Source of the DNA: a virus
Taxonomy: Duplodnaviria > Heunggongvirae > Uroviricota > Caudoviricetes
Virus record (IMG/VR): IMGVR_UViG_2563366895_000001
Location: 1 to 64,000 of that record
Length of the DNA stretch: 64,000 nt
Strand: one strand, 5' to 3'
Shown: one piece after another, positions 33,663 to 44,168 of the stretch
How positions within the stretch are numbered: position 1 is the stretch's first letter
Layout of the letters: each line of letters begins with the position of its first letter
The notes under the pieces: generated by a model
The model's database searches: none
Told to the model about the DNA's origin: nothing
What the model saw: only the letters and a program-made list of their open reading frames with translations
Program-made: the position numbers and the translations under genes

Positions 33663-36600
33663 GTAGCCATAACGTCATGAGCAACACCACGAGTGTCTCC
33701 CTTACAAGACACAGAACGTCTGGCAAAGAGAGGTTCCACTCTGAAGCCACTGTCCTGATAAAGTTCTCTGATGTTTGGCGCGCCACTGTTAGTAATGAGT
33801 ACCTTTGCACCTCGGCGATGAGCATCCGTCAACAGAGACACCAGGCGTTTTTGCTCTTCAAACTTAAAGTCATGACCGGAATAGTTCGTGAATCCCTCTG
33901 TATTTGGAAGCGGTTCATATGGCGGATCGCAAAAAATGACATCTCCTTCTCCGGCAGCTTCAATCACCGCAGCAAAATCACCACATACAAACTCAGAACG
34001 CCCTTCCGCACCAAGGAAGACTTCCATCTCCTGCAATGGGAAATACGGAGTTTTATACTTCCCATAACCGACATTGAACTCACCGGCTTGGTTGTAACGC
34101 GTCAATCCATTAAAACAATGTCGGTTCAGGAACAAAAACGCCGCTGCGAGATGTAAATCATCATAGACTTGTTTGTTAAACGCATTCCGTACTGCCAGGA
34201 ATCCCTCCTGGGTGTTGTAGTCCAGGAAGAAACGATGTGCCAGAGTGATAAGTGAATGCGCCTCGCGTTGCAGAGTCTTGTAAAAGTTAATCAGGTCAGC
34301 ATTCACATCATTTAGCAGATTTTCCTGGTATCCGGCATTTATGAAGACAGCTCCGCCACCAACGAAAGGTTCAATCAGGCGCTTCCCTTCTGGCAAATAG
34401 CGAAAGATTTGTTCCAGAACACCAAATTTTCCACCAGCCCATTTGAATATGGACCGTTCGAATTCTGCCGCTGGTTTAACTTTTCGCTCTTTTGTTTCAC
34501 TTCCTTCTTTCTGCCGACATACGGCCTTAGTAATCCGATCGCCAATCCAGCACATTACTGGTATTGCCATACTATTGCCGATCGCTTTGTAACGCGGTCC
34601 GTCAGCTGCAAGCATCGCGGCCTCTTCTTCGCTTAAATCTGGATAGTGATTGCGAAGATATGCCAGTTCATCTGAATTAACTGTTTTACGCTTTTCCGTC
34701 GGGATCAACGTATGCCCATCAGGAAAACCTTGCAGCCTTTCACATTCGACAGGGGTAAGACGGCGCATTCTACCGTCGCCGAGCAATACAATTGGTGCTT
34801 CATGGTTACATGTCAAAGTTGGTGCCGAATTATCGGTTTTTATCTCAGCCCCTCCTTGCCCATGTGCCATGGCAATTATGTTTGTATCATCGCAAGTTCT
34901 GATAGCGATGTTTGAAGTATATCTGGTAGTTTCCTTCCCCTCGCCTCTGCTCGGCGCAATATCCCGGCGCACGCCTTCGAACTCAAAAAGTACCGTTGCG
35001 GGATCGAGGTCTGTTCGAGCACTTGCGACAACAAACACGCGTCGGCGTCGTTGTGCCACTCCGAAGTATTGGGCATCAAGGATTCTCCAGGCCACTTTTC
35101 GCTGCGATCCATAAATACAACCACACTGCGGCCACTTTGGAGCATGGCAACCGGTTTTGCCATCCCACCGCCAGAACGCGTTACTTTTTCCTGATTCAGG
35201 TCGATCACCTGGTTCAAATGGCGCATCTTCTCCAGCCAATCCGGCAAGGAAACATCCGAAGGCGTTATCTGCCGATGACAAGACTCCTGGGACATTTTCC
35301 CAGACGATAACGGCTGGTTTGAGAAATGACTCAGCCCGTTTGTCGTCAATTGCATTTGCAAGCTCCACATACTTTAAAGTTAGCGCGCCACGCTCATCAT
35401 CAAGCCCACCACGTAATCCCGCGATACTGAATGCCTGACAGTTATGGACCACCGCACCATTGAGGATATAGGAATGATCACCTTCGACTTCTATGTTGTA
35501 TACAGTATCTAGGCCTACCGATTTAAACTCTTTGACTGTTCGTAAAAGCATTCCATGAGCCAATCTTGATTTACGTGACAATTTCTGCGGGCAGATTGTT
35601 ACCTGATAATAATTCCGTTGATTTACCACGCGATCCTCGATCACTTTTTTGGGCTCAACTTCAATAAAGCTGACCGAAGAAACATAACCACAAGTCTGTG
35701 ACAACCCCGCAACGCCCCAAGCAAGCGCAGGACTAACACTATTAATTCTAAATCCCGCTTTACCACTTGGTGTCCCATCAGTATCAAGATAGCCTTGTAA
35801 AAACACATGACGCAATGGATGCGACATCACCCATGCAGGGATACGCTTAGCATGGCTTAACTCGCCAAAATGTTCATTAAGCCAATTGGCATAACACGTA
35901 TCATTCAAGGTTACTTTGATGCTCCCTCGGATTTCGCTTGCCACGGAAAATATGTTTTCTGGTATGCGGCAATGAAACTTTCTCAATTTCTGGCAATTTA
36001 TGCCAAAAACAACCGCCTTCTTAGATTTACCTCTCCATCTCCTAATATATCCATCGCCAACATAAGCGCCCGCAAGATACATAGCCTGTTCTTCAGACAA
36101 GAACCGAGAACAAATATCTGGAGATGCAATATTGAAATTAGTTAGAGCGCACCATTGATATCCCGGCATATCACATGCTGCTCGCCATTCCGGTTCAGAC
36201 AACAACTCTCTCTTAAAATATGTGCCATTTTTCCGGGTGTTTTGGGCTTTCCACCGAACAGCCAGGAAGGGATGGTCATTGGTTGTTCTTATACCTAAAG
36301 GCTGCCCAACGGCATTAAGTAACCCCGTATTAGCTATTTTTGAACCAACTCTTTTTACTTGTTGTAACCGCCCGAGATGACTGACTACGTAATCGCCAGG
36401 GCAAACATCTTCTATTGGTTTATAACCATTTTTACAAAGAACCATATGCCCCGCGGTAAAACATGGTGTTCCCCCGACGAGCACGTCAGGGGATTCGATT
36501 TCCCCAGCCAAGACTTTTTTGGCAAGTTTTGTCATGTCGCCAAGGTTGGCGACATGGGGCCAGCGGAGCGCAAGAACGGCCGATGGAAAAGGCTCGATTT

Positions 36601-36694
36601 CAGCAAACCACGCCGGACGCATACCCAACGGTTCCCAGGCAATACTCGCGGCTTCAATTCCACTGCAAACAGATCCATAGCACAGCTCTTTCAC
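33653..36694 (-). CDS. dmt: Dmt bifunctional DNA methyltransferase (N-terminal C5-cytosine domain, C-terminal Dam-like N6-adenine domain) carrying an intein
   Basis: 1013-aa ORF; C5 motifs GGTP...CQAFSIAG (IV, split by insert), VIVWENV (VI), QRRRRVFVV (VIII); Dam-like motifs [20 protein letters not shown]. Confidence 0.85.
35441..36463 (-). other. Intein (Hint domain with LAGLIDADG homing-endonuclease insert) within dmt
   Basis: 341-aa insert: starts [10 protein letters not shown] (Cys1), block B RTTNDH, LAGLIDADG motifs [11 protein letters not shown] and [10 protein letters not shown], block [23 protein letters not shown], +1 residue Cys of CQAFS; codon boundaries verified on the DNA. Confidence 0.85.
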
Positions 36695-37596
36695 TGCTTA
36701 GCCTCTCCGCCAAGGGCATTTACCAGAGCATCAACCAGGCACGAAATTTCACTGGTCAACAGGAAGAAATCTGCGTCCAGTCGCTGCGCTACATCTTCAC
36801 TATCAATATCAGAGTTCTGCTCAAGCAATTCATCCGCAAATTTGACGCTGGTAAGGCTGAAGTTATGGTCCAGTGTAAATTTAATGCGGTTCTGCCAGTC
36901 GAGTGCCAACTTAGTGACGAGCTTGCCAGCTTCCAGGTGTGTGGAAATTTCATCGCTTCCCAGATCCTGCTTTTTCACTCGGGCAATACCGCCATCCTCA
37001 AGCACTGCCTTAAGTTCTGCCGCATCCCCCATTTGAAATCCCTGTGGAGCACTACCATCACGTACCCAGTCGGTCAGCGTTAATTCAATGGGATTTTCAA
37101 CACTCAGGGGAACAACAGGAAGAGAACCCAGAGACTTACGCATAAGCGCGAGCATATCCTCTGCCTGCCGCGCGCTGGCATTGATATAGATACGTTTAGT
37201 TGAACCGTCGTAGATCGCCTGGATAACAGAAAACTTTGAAAAAGCCCGTGGCAGAAGAGAATGCAGAACTTCGTCTTTCAGGGAGTCCTTCTCTGTTTTC
37301 TTCAGTTTACGCGCTTGTTCTTGCTCAAGTTTTTCAATTTTTTCTTGAATAGCTCGCTGGATAACCGGCGGGGGAAGAATTTTTGTTTCGCGCTTTGCTT
37401 CAACAAGGATAAAACCATTTCCATGCATAGCGATAACTTCGGAATTATCGCCAAATGGAGATACAAAACCGAACTTGGCCATATCCTGACTACCGCATGG
37501 CGTGAAAAGGATCATTTTCTTTTTATCTTCTAAGTCGGTCAGATCCGCCTCACGAGAAAGTTTATAAATAGTAATGTTTTTCCAGTGCTTAAACAT
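36691..37596 (-). CDS. hrdC: RdgC-like recombination-associated protein (hrdC position)
   Basis: From the internal ATG at 37596: [13 protein letters not shown]..., 301 aa, resembling E. coli RdgC length and N-terminus. Confidence 0.6.
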   Translation of the reverse strand: MFKHWKNITIYKLSREADLTDLEDKKKMILFTPCGSQDMAKFGFVSPFGDNSEVIAMHGNGFILVEAKRETKILPPPVIQRAIQEKIEKLEQEQARKLKKTEKDSLKDEVLHSLLPRAFSKFSVIQAIYDGSTKRIYINASARQAEDMLALMRKSLGSLPVVPLSVENPIELTLTDWVRDGSAPQGFQMGDAAELKAVLEDGGIARVKKQDLGSDEISTHLEAGKLVTKLALDWQNRIKFTLDHNFSLTSVKFADELLEQNSDIDSEDVAQRLDADFFLLTSEISCLVDALVNALGGEAKQ

Positions 37597-37945
37597 GTTG
37601 TAACCCTTGAATATCAACCACAGAAAGCTCGTCTTTGTAGAAAAAGGCCAGGTTGTGGCACCCCCTCGTTTGAGCGTATGAGCTGGGACCAATTTCGTTC
37701 TTCCAGACAAATGGCTTCAAATCCGTACGGCGAAGCATAAAAACGCGATTTGTTCCGCTCTGATTCCCAATGAGGCAAAAGCCTTCTTTCACCTTGATAG
37801 CCTGCAAGTTGTCGAGTTCACCGCTGGTTACACGGCTATCGAACTCCTTGCGGCTTATTAGCTCCATCTGCATCTGACGACTCCAAACAAATGCCCATTG
37901 AAGGGCGATGGCTGAATGGTACCGAAAATACGACATAAAAAACAA
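37589..37945 (-). CDS. Hypothetical protein (start uncertain)
   Basis: 118-aa ORF; C1 operator overlaps its annotated start. Confidence 0.4.
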   Translation of the reverse strand: MFFMSYFRYHSAIALQWAFVWSRQMQMELISRKEFDSRVTSGELDNLQAIKVKEGFCLIGNQSGTNRVFMLRRTDLKPFVWKNEIGPSSYAQTRGCHNLAFFYKDELSVVDIQGLQHV

Positions 37946-37961
37946 TATTTATTAGAGCAAT
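37945..37961 (-). promoter_or_regulatory. C1 operator
   Basis: AtATTTATTAGAGCAAT, 16 of 17. Confidence 0.55.
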
Positions 37962-38042
37962 TTTGTAATAAGTAAACGCCATACAGACCACAAATAACCT
38001 AAGTTAAAATAACGAAAATCAGAGCAAATAATTGGTGATGGC

Positions 38043-38327
38043 GTGGCAAGTATTGCAACAAAAGACAGCATTTGTTCGGGGCACGGAGGATTCCCATCCA
38101 GGCCTCCTGTAGAGAGTGAACCACTACTTAAAGTCAACGGAGTCGAAGTGTTAGTTGATGGTAAGCAATATGCACAGCATACCGATGGAAACAGTACGCA
38201 CGGTGGGCAAGCTATATCAACCAGGGCATGGTTTACCGTCAATGGTAAAGGGATCGTATGCGTTGGTGACCCTGTTTCATGCGGATCTACCGTAGCGTCC
38301 GGAGACGGCCTGGTTCAGGTAAGTTAG
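38043..38327 (+). CDS. PAAR-like small protein (possible spike-tip protein)
   Basis: 94 aa; SICSGHGG, KVNGVEV, STHGG, TVNGKG, GDPVSCGSTV resemble PAAR-repeat architecture. Confidence 0.4.
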   Translation: MASIATKDSICSGHGGFPSRPPVESEPLLKVNGVEVLVDGKQYAQHTDGNSTHGGQAISTRAWFTVNGKGIVCVGDPVSCGSTVASGDGLVQVS

Positions 38328-38335
38328 GAGATATC

Positions 38336-39124
38336 ATGCTGGAAAAAGACTACCAGTTATCCGCATATAAAAAATTGGCCGCCGCCGGTGGGATGAAAAC
38401 ACCTGGTGCCATAACATCGGCACGAAACAGTGCTAACACAGCAAAACTGCTTGCAGAAGAATTGACCGGATTAATTCTGGATACAATTGTCTATCCCGAC
38501 ACTATTACCAGCTATGTTTCAACGATCAGAACAACCACAACCGGCTTAACGAACATTGGAGAACTGGCAACTAAGCACGCGGACCTGTTGGCTGGTTATG
38601 CAGATCTGTCAATGCTGCTTCAACTCGATATTGGTTGGGATGTTTACTGCCGTGCTAATGAGCGAGAAGTTTCAGAACTGCCGATCTCTATTGCCATTGG
38701 TGATGTGAATATTACTAAATCGCTTGAGGACGCTGTTAACGCGCTTAATACATCAAGTTTAGTCGCTGCAATGGGGGAGATTAACCAGACCCTTAACACT
38801 GGCTCAGGAAGCTCGTCAGGCTCTGGTTCAGGCGGCGGCACTGCCACTCCCCCACCAGCACTAACAGAAGAGCAAATTGAATCTCTGAAAGTAGCAACTG
38901 AACAGTTTGGGGTTGTTTTCAACCAGACAACAGCGCCCACAACTGCGTTACAACAGCAGTATGAACGAGCGAATGAAAGCGCCAACGTAGCCATAACTGC
39001 TTATAACCATGCTATCGGTACCGCGCTTGCGGAAGCATCAGCAAATAAGGCCAGCACAGCCAGCGCAGTTGCCGCTTTGGTTCCTGATTCTGTTCTTGAT
39101 GAATTAAACAAAGCGGCACAGTAA
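38336..39124 (+). CDS. Hypothetical protein with Gly/Ser-rich linker
   Basis: ATG at 38336 preceded by taggag; 262 aa; linker SGSSSGSGSGGG. Confidence 0.45.
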   Translation: MLEKDYQLSAYKKLAAAGGMKTPGAITSARNSANTAKLLAEELTGLILDTIVYPDTITSYVSTIRTTTTGLTNIGELATKHADLLAGYADLSMLLQLDIGWDVYCRANEREVSELPISIAIGDVNITKSLEDAVNALNTSSLVAAMGEINQTLNTGSGSSSGSGSGGGTATPPPALTEEQIESLKVATEQFGVVFNQTTAPTTALQQQYERANESANVAITAYNHAIGTALAEASANKASTASAVAALVPDSVLDELNKAAQ

Positions 39125-39163
39125 CAAAGGACTTCATTGATAATTTTTCTTCAGGAGGAAGAC

Positions 39164-39586
39164 ATGTCATTCTTTTCTACGTTAAAAACAGCTTTGTCTT
39201 TGAAGGAGAAACTTGCTGCTACTGGTGTTCTTGTTCTGATTTGCGCACTTGTTGGTGCTGGGTTTGCATGGGAACGTCATCAGCTAAAGCAAGCCATGGA
39301 GAAAATTGGCAGTCTTGATCAGGCTGTTAAGGAACGTGATAAGTCAATAATGGATCTTAACCAGACCATTGAGACGATGAACAAAGCAGAGCAACATTTT
39401 CACAGCCAGGAAGTGAAAAATGAATCAGAACAAGCCAAATATGCTGACAGGCAAATGGAACGAAAAGCTGAATTTCAGAAACAACTGGTTGCGGCGGGTA
39501 ATGTTCGCCAGCGTATTCCTGCTGACACTCAGCGGTTGCTCCGGGAGTCGATCAGCGAATTTAACGCCGACGCCGACAAAGGTTAA
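39164..39586 (+). CDS. Putative i-spanin-like protein (N-terminal TM helix plus periplasmic coiled coil)
   Basis: ATG at 39164 after aggagg; MSFFSTLKTALSLKEKLAATGVLVLICALVGAGFAW...; overlapped out of frame by a lipoprotein ORF. Confidence 0.4.
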   Translation: MSFFSTLKTALSLKEKLAATGVLVLICALVGAGFAWERHQLKQAMEKIGSLDQAVKERDKSIMDLNQTIETMNKAEQHFHSQEVKNESEQAKYADRQMERKAEFQKQLVAAGNVRQRIPADTQRLLRESISEFNADADKG

Positions 39587-39752
39587 CCACCCTGACCCAA
39601 AAAGTGCATTTATGTGCAGGATGCCAGAGTTTAGCAGTGAATATTTTGATGATCTGCCAGCGTATATCCTCGATACAGAAACGATGCTGATGGGGATTAA
39701 CAGGAAGAATCGCAACGTTAATGATTACAACCGAGCTATTAGCGGTAACTAA
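39501..39752 (+). CDS. Putative o-spanin-like lipoprotein, overlapping the previous gene
   Basis: MFASVFLLTLSGC (lipobox) followed by proline-rich segment TPTPTKVNHPDP; starts inside the 3' end of the upstream gene in another frame. Confidence 0.4.
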   Translation: MFASVFLLTLSGCSGSRSANLTPTPTKVNHPDPKSAFMCRMPEFSSEYFDDLPAYILDTETMLMGINRKNRNVNDYNRAISGN

Positions 39753-39763
39753 AAGGGATTTTT

Positions 39764-40156
39764 ATGTCTGATAAAGTAACAGTAAAGCAAACTATCAACA
39801 AAGCGACTTCAATCTACAAAATTGAGCAAATCACTGTTGGCAAGCCAGGATCTGAACAATACCGTCGTGCTTTCGAGCTTGCCGATCAGCTTGGTTTAAA
39901 ACACCCGGATTGCATTGAGCATGTATTTCCGACCTATGCTGATGAGCAATGTACTCATGTTCTTACCGAAGAGGATTTTTTCAGCACTGAAGAACGAGAA
40001 GGCGTTGATCGCTGTATTGGTGTGATTTGCTCTTCAGTGAGTTATGAGTTATTCCCTAATGTCCATGAAGATAGTGGTATTGGATACCAATTCCTGTACG
40101 AAGGCGATGAGCTTAAATGTTATGAACATGGTCTTCTCATCGAAAGCATAGAATAA
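39764..40156 (+). CDS. Hypothetical protein upstream of the plasmid origin
   Basis: 130-aa ORF followed by a terminator. Confidence 0.45.
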   Translation: MSDKVTVKQTINKATSIYKIEQITVGKPGSEQYRRAFELADQLGLKHPDCIEHVFPTYADEQCTHVLTEEDFFSTEEREGVDRCIGVICSSVSYELFPNVHEDSGIGYQFLYEGDELKCYEHGLLIESIE

Positions 40157-40169
40157 TACAGCTTCCTTC

Positions 40170-40195
40170 CAACCGGCTTTGTTGGCCGGTTTTTC
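40170..40195 (+). terminator. Rho-independent terminator
   Basis: aaccggc-tttgttg-gccggtt then tttt. Confidence 0.5.
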
Positions 40196-40196
40196 A

Positions 40197-40274
40197 CTTA
40201 TCCACATTATCCACTGGATAGATCCAATAATTAGGTCCATACAGATCCCAATTAGATCCATATAGATCCCTGAT
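40197..40274. other. oriR: Plasmid replication origin oriR (tandem DnaA boxes plus five GATC sites)
   Basis: TTATCCACA and TTATCCACT in tandem, then five GATC within about 55 bp. Confidence 0.75.
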
Positions 40275-40299
40275 CGTTGCAGGCCGCGCCACGTCTGGC

Positions 40300-40425
40300 C
40301 TAGAAGTGTATCGCGATGTGTGCTGGAGGGAAAACGATGTGTGCTGGCGGGATAAAAATGTGTGCTGACGGGTTGCTAATGTGTGCTGGCGGGATATAGG
40401 ATGTGTGCTGACGGGAAAGCCTGGG
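40300..40425. repeat. incC: incC iterons (five RepA-binding repeats) containing the repA promoter
   Basis: Five copies of (G/A)ATGTGTGCTG(G/A)(A/C)GGG at roughly 21-bp spacing. Confidence 0.8.
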
Positions 40426-40474
40426 TAGTTATCATCACTTATAAAAACTATCCACATAATTCGGAAAAAGTAAT

Positions 40475-41335
40475 ATGAATCAATCATTTATCTCCGATAT
40501 TCTTTACGCAGACATTGAAAGTAAGGCAAAAGAACTAACAGTTAATTCAAACAACACTGTGCAGCCTGTAGCGTTGATGCGCTTGGGGGTATTCGTTCCG
40601 AAGCCATCAAAGAGCAAAGGAGAAAGTAAAGAGATTGATGCCACCAAAGCGTTTTCCCAGCTGGAGATAGCTAAAGCCGAGGGTTACGATGATATTAAAA
40701 TCACCGGTCCTCGACTCGATATGGATACTGATTTCAAAACGTGGATCGGTGTCATCTACGCGTTCAGCAAATACGGCTTGTCTTCAAACACCATCCAGTT
40801 ATCGTTTCAGGAGTTCGCTAAAGCCTGTGGTTTCCCCTCAAAACGTCTGGATGCGAAACTGCGTTTAACCATTCATGAATCACTTGGACGCTTGCGTAAC
40901 AAGGGTATCGCTTTTAAGCGCGGAAAAGATGCTAAAGGCGGCTATCAGACTGGTCTGCTGAAGGTCGGGCGTTTTGATGCTGACCTTGATCTGATAGAGC
41001 TGGAGGCCGATTCGAAGCTCTGGGAGCTGTTCCAGCTTGATTATCGCGTTCTGTTGCAACACCACGCCTTGCGTGCCCTTCCGAAGAAAGAAGCTGCACA
41101 AGCCATTTACACTTTCATCGAAAGCCTTCCGCAGAACCCGTTGCCGCTATCGTTCGCGCGAATCCGTGAGCGCCTGGCTTTGCAGTCAGCTGTTGGCGAG
41201 CAAAACCGTATCATTAAGAAAGCGATAGAACAGCTTAAAACAATCGGCTATCTCGACTGTTCAATTGAGAAGAAAGGCCGGGAAAGTTTTGTAATCGTCC
41301 ATTCTCGCAATCCAAAGCTGAAACTTCCCGAATAA
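40475..41335 (+). CDS. repA: RepA plasmid replication initiator
   Basis: 286-aa ORF flanked by iteron arrays. Confidence 0.9.
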   Translation: MNQSFISDILYADIESKAKELTVNSNNTVQPVALMRLGVFVPKPSKSKGESKEIDATKAFSQLEIAKAEGYDDIKITGPRLDMDTDFKTWIGVIYAFSKYGLSSNTIQLSFQEFAKACGFPSKRLDAKLRLTIHESLGRLRNKGIAFKRGKDAKGGYQTGLLKVGRFDADLDLIELEADSKLWELFQLDYRVLLQHHALRALPKKEAAQAIYTFIESLPQNPLPLSFARIRERLALQSAVGEQNRIIKKAIEQLKTIGYLDCSIEKKGRESFVIVHSRNPKLKLPE

Positions 41336-41640
41336 GTGTGTGCTGGAGGGCAGCTGCATTTGAAAAATGTGCGCTGCCGGGAATGCCTGCCCATTTTCCT
41401 GTTTTTGGTGTGCGCTGGAGGGTTGCGCCACGCAGTTTGCCCAGACATTCCCTCCAGCACACATCTAACCATCCAAGTTTCCCTCCAGCGCACATCTAAT
41501 CTTCTATCTTTCCCTTCAGCGCACATATTTGATACCAGCGATCCCTCCACAACACATAATTCAATGCGACTTCCCTCTATCGCACATTCTGGCCCTGCAT
41601 CATCCCTCCAGCACACATCTAATAGCCTCATCGCTATTTC
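41335..41640. repeat. incA: incA iterons (copy-number control locus)
   Basis: Multiple TGTGCTGGAGGG / CCCTCCAGCACACA copies in both orientations immediately after the repA stop. Confidence 0.75.
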
Positions 41641-41728
41641 TTTACGTGCAATAATTTACGCACGAATCAAAATAAGTTGCACGTAGCAGAATCAAACGTA
41701 CAATTCACTCATACGAAATGATAAGGAG

Positions 41729-42940
41729 ATGATGATGAAACGCGATTACGGCGGTGTCGGCACCATAGCTCTTCGTGCAAGCGCATTACTTAAGGCCATG
41801 AGTCAGGATATTGAAGATCAGCGCAAAGAGTTCAATCAGACCGAGTATTATCAGACGTTCACTCGTAACGCTGTGGCAAAGTTGCCGAAGCTGAGCCGCC
41901 GCATTGTGGAGCAGGCCATCAAAGAGATGGAAGATGATGGGTACCAGTTCAACAAGAAACAGGTCGGTAACGTTGAACAGTACGCGCTGACCATCCAGAA
42001 CGTCATTGATATCTATGCCCACCGTAAGATCCCAAAATATCGCGACATTCACAAATCGCCTTACGTTATTTTTGTCGTAAACCTGAAGGGTGGCGTATCC
42101 AAAACGGTTTCCACAGTCACGTTGGCGCACGCTCTGCGTGTGCATCAGGATTTACTGCGTCACGATCTGCGCATTCTGGTAATTGACCTTGACCCTCAGG
42201 CATCCAGCACAATGTTCCTCGACCATACTCACAGTATTGGTTCCATCCTGGAAACCGCCGCGCAGGCGATGCTGAACGACCTGGACGCGGAGACGCTACG
42301 CAAAGAGGTGATTCGTCCGACCATCGTTCCTGGCGTAGACGTGATTCCAGCCTCTATCGACGATGGCTTTGTTGCCAGCCAATGGAAAGAGCTGGTTGAA
42401 GAGCATCTTCCCGGACAAAATCAGTACGAAATCCTTCGACGCAATATCATTGATCGTGTTGCGGATGATTATGACTTTATCTTTATTGATACCGGTCCAC
42501 ACCTGGATCCGTTCCTGCTCAACGGTCTGGCGGCCAGCGATTTGCTGCTTACCCCTACCCCACCAGCCCAGGTTGACTTCCACTCAACACTGAAATATCT
42601 CACCCGTCTGCCAGAAATGCTGGAGCAACTGGAGGAGGAAGGCGTAGAACCGCGTTTAAGCGCCAGCATTGGTTTTATGTCGAAGATGACCGGCAAGCGC
42701 GATCACGAGACATCACACAGCCTTGCGCGTGAGGTTTACGCCAGCAACATTCTGGACTCTTCTCTGCCTCGTCTGGATGGATTTGAGCGATGCGGCGAGT
42801 CTTTCGACACCGTAATCAGTGCCAACCCGCAATCGTATCCAGGCAGTGCAGAGGCGCTGAAGAAGGCACGAACCGAGGCCGAGCGTTTCACTAAGGCTGT
42901 GTTTGATCGAATTGAGTTTGTTAGGGGTGAGGCGGCATGA
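41729..42940 (+). CDS. parA: ParA partition ATPase (type Ia, with N-terminal DNA-binding extension)
   Basis: 403 aa; deviant Walker A NLKGGVSKT; P1-ParA-like but divergent. Confidence 0.85.
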   Translation: MMMKRDYGGVGTIALRASALLKAMSQDIEDQRKEFNQTEYYQTFTRNAVAKLPKLSRRIVEQAIKEMEDDGYQFNKKQVGNVEQYALTIQNVIDIYAHRKIPKYRDIHKSPYVIFVVNLKGGVSKTVSTVTLAHALRVHQDLLRHDLRILVIDLDPQASSTMFLDHTHSIGSILETAAQAMLNDLDAETLRKEVIRPTIVPGVDVIPASIDDGFVASQWKELVEEHLPGQNQYEILRRNIIDRVADDYDFIFIDTGPHLDPFLLNGLAASDLLLTPTPPAQVDFHSTLKYLTRLPEMLEQLEEEGVEPRLSASIGFMSKMTGKRDHETSHSLAREVYASNILDSSLPRLDGFERCGESFDTVISANPQSYPGSAEALKKARTEAERFTKAVFDRIEFVRGEAA

Positions 42941-43902
42941 AAAAAATAGTTTCCCGTGGACGAGTGCTGGGCAAGAATAGCTCCGAGTTTGCTCGCATGC
43001 TTGAAGGCAGTGAAGGCACCAAAACCTTTACCCTAAAATCTGGCCGCCAGGCTAAATTTTTGCTTACCGTTGTGCTGAGTGGTGAGATTGAGTCGCGCAC
43101 GTTCGTTGACCCGGCAGTTAACGGCCGCGATCAGTCTCTGCTCACCCCTGAGTCGGTAAGCGATATTTCCCGCACCATTAAATTGCAACAGTTCTTCCCG
43201 GCTATCGGTCGTATGGTTGGGGAGCGCATTGAGGTATTGGACGGATCACGTCGCCGCGCTGCGTGTATCTTCAATGAAACGAAATTTGAGATTCTGGTGA
43301 CGAAAGATGATATCAGCCTGGCGGATGCACGCCAGCTGGCTATTGATATCCAGACAGCCCGCGAACACACCCTGCGCGAACTGGGTAAACGCTTCGAGGT
43401 TATGTATGGTAAGAGCATGACCAAAGAAGAGATCGCCCGCGCTGAGAACATTTCAAAGGCTAAAGTTACGCGCGCGTTCCAGGCGGCAGCGGTGCCGGAT
43501 GAGATGATTGCTGTCTTCCCTGTTGCCAGCGATCTCGCCCTTCCAGATTACCAGTTACTGCTCCAGATCTCCGAGGATGCCAACGCTAAAAGCGTGCCTA
43601 TTGAAGAGCTGGTTGATACGGTGCGCGAACGAATTGCAGAGACTGAGGGCGCGAAAGAGGATAAAGCGAAGATACTGGCTATCTTCAAAGCGGAAAGCAA
43701 AAGCCTGAAGCCCGCGCCGGTTAAATCTGTGGTGGTTGAGAAGCTGCGAGACTTCTCTGACCGTCGCCAATATGCCCGAAAGAAGTCCGATCCGAAAAAA
43801 CGGATTGTCGCCTACGAGTTCTCCAGACTCCCGTCTGAAGTGCAAACTGAAATTGACGAAGCAATAAAAAAAATCATTGGGAAAATGTCTGCTGGGGAAT
43901 AA
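42937..43902 (+). CDS. parB: ParB centromere-binding protein
   Basis: 321-aa ORF overlapping the parA stop, followed by parS. Confidence 0.8.
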   Translation: MKKIVSRGRVLGKNSSEFARMLEGSEGTKTFTLKSGRQAKFLLTVVLSGEIESRTFVDPAVNGRDQSLLTPESVSDISRTIKLQQFFPAIGRMVGERIEVLDGSRRRAACIFNETKFEILVTKDDISLADARQLAIDIQTAREHTLRELGKRFEVMYGKSMTKEEIARAENISKAKVTRAFQAAAVPDEMIAVFPVASDLALPDYQLLLQISEDANAKSVPIEELVDTVRERIAETEGAKEDKAKILAIFKAESKSLKPAPVKSVVVEKLRDFSDRRQYARKKSDPKKRIVAYEFSRLPSEVQTEIDEAIKKIIGKMSAGE

Positions 43903-44060
43903 TCCCGCTGGTGGGAGGCGGCTTTAGCCCCCTCCCCTGTCTAAAATGTCCCGCGTCTATTTCATGTATAAATATATGATATATATAGATATTCATGAAA
44001 AATTTCAGACTGAAATTCCCACGGTTTCACGCCTGTTTTACTTGCCCCCCTCCCCCGCAC
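43903..44060. other. parS: parS centromere (A/T-rich IHF region flanked by ParB box motifs)
   Basis: ATTTCAT...AT-rich (tataaatatatgatatatatag)...AAATTTCAGACTGAAATTCCCACGGTTTCAC; heptamer boxes ATTTCA(C/T/G) and hexamer TTCCCA where P1 has TCGCCA (from memory). Confidence 0.6.
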
Positions 44061-44093
44061 AAAAAATTTAAAAAATTACTTTTAGCAAGAAAG

Positions 44094-44117
44094 TCAACAA
44101 GTGACTTTCAATAAAAT
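44094..44117 (+). promoter_or_regulatory. Candidate late promoter upstream of the capsid gene
   Basis: TCAACAAGTGACT (inside the palindrome AAAGTCA-ACAAG-TGACTTT), 5 nt, TAAAAT. Confidence 0.45.
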
Positions 44118-44168
44118 CTCTTCCGAAAAGGGATTCACACAAGTGCCTTGTGTTTAAGGAAGAGTAAA

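Noticed and set aside
33677-35438. Several plus-strand ORFs (159, 154, 104, 93 aa) inside dmt
   Set aside because: Antisense shadow ORFs within the methyltransferase/intein coding region.
40300-41640. Regularly spaced short repeats that could be taken for a CRISPR array
   Set aside because: They are 19-bp iterons flanking repA with a few bp of spacing, some inverted, with no unique spacers or cas genes: incC/incA iterons of the plasmid replicon.
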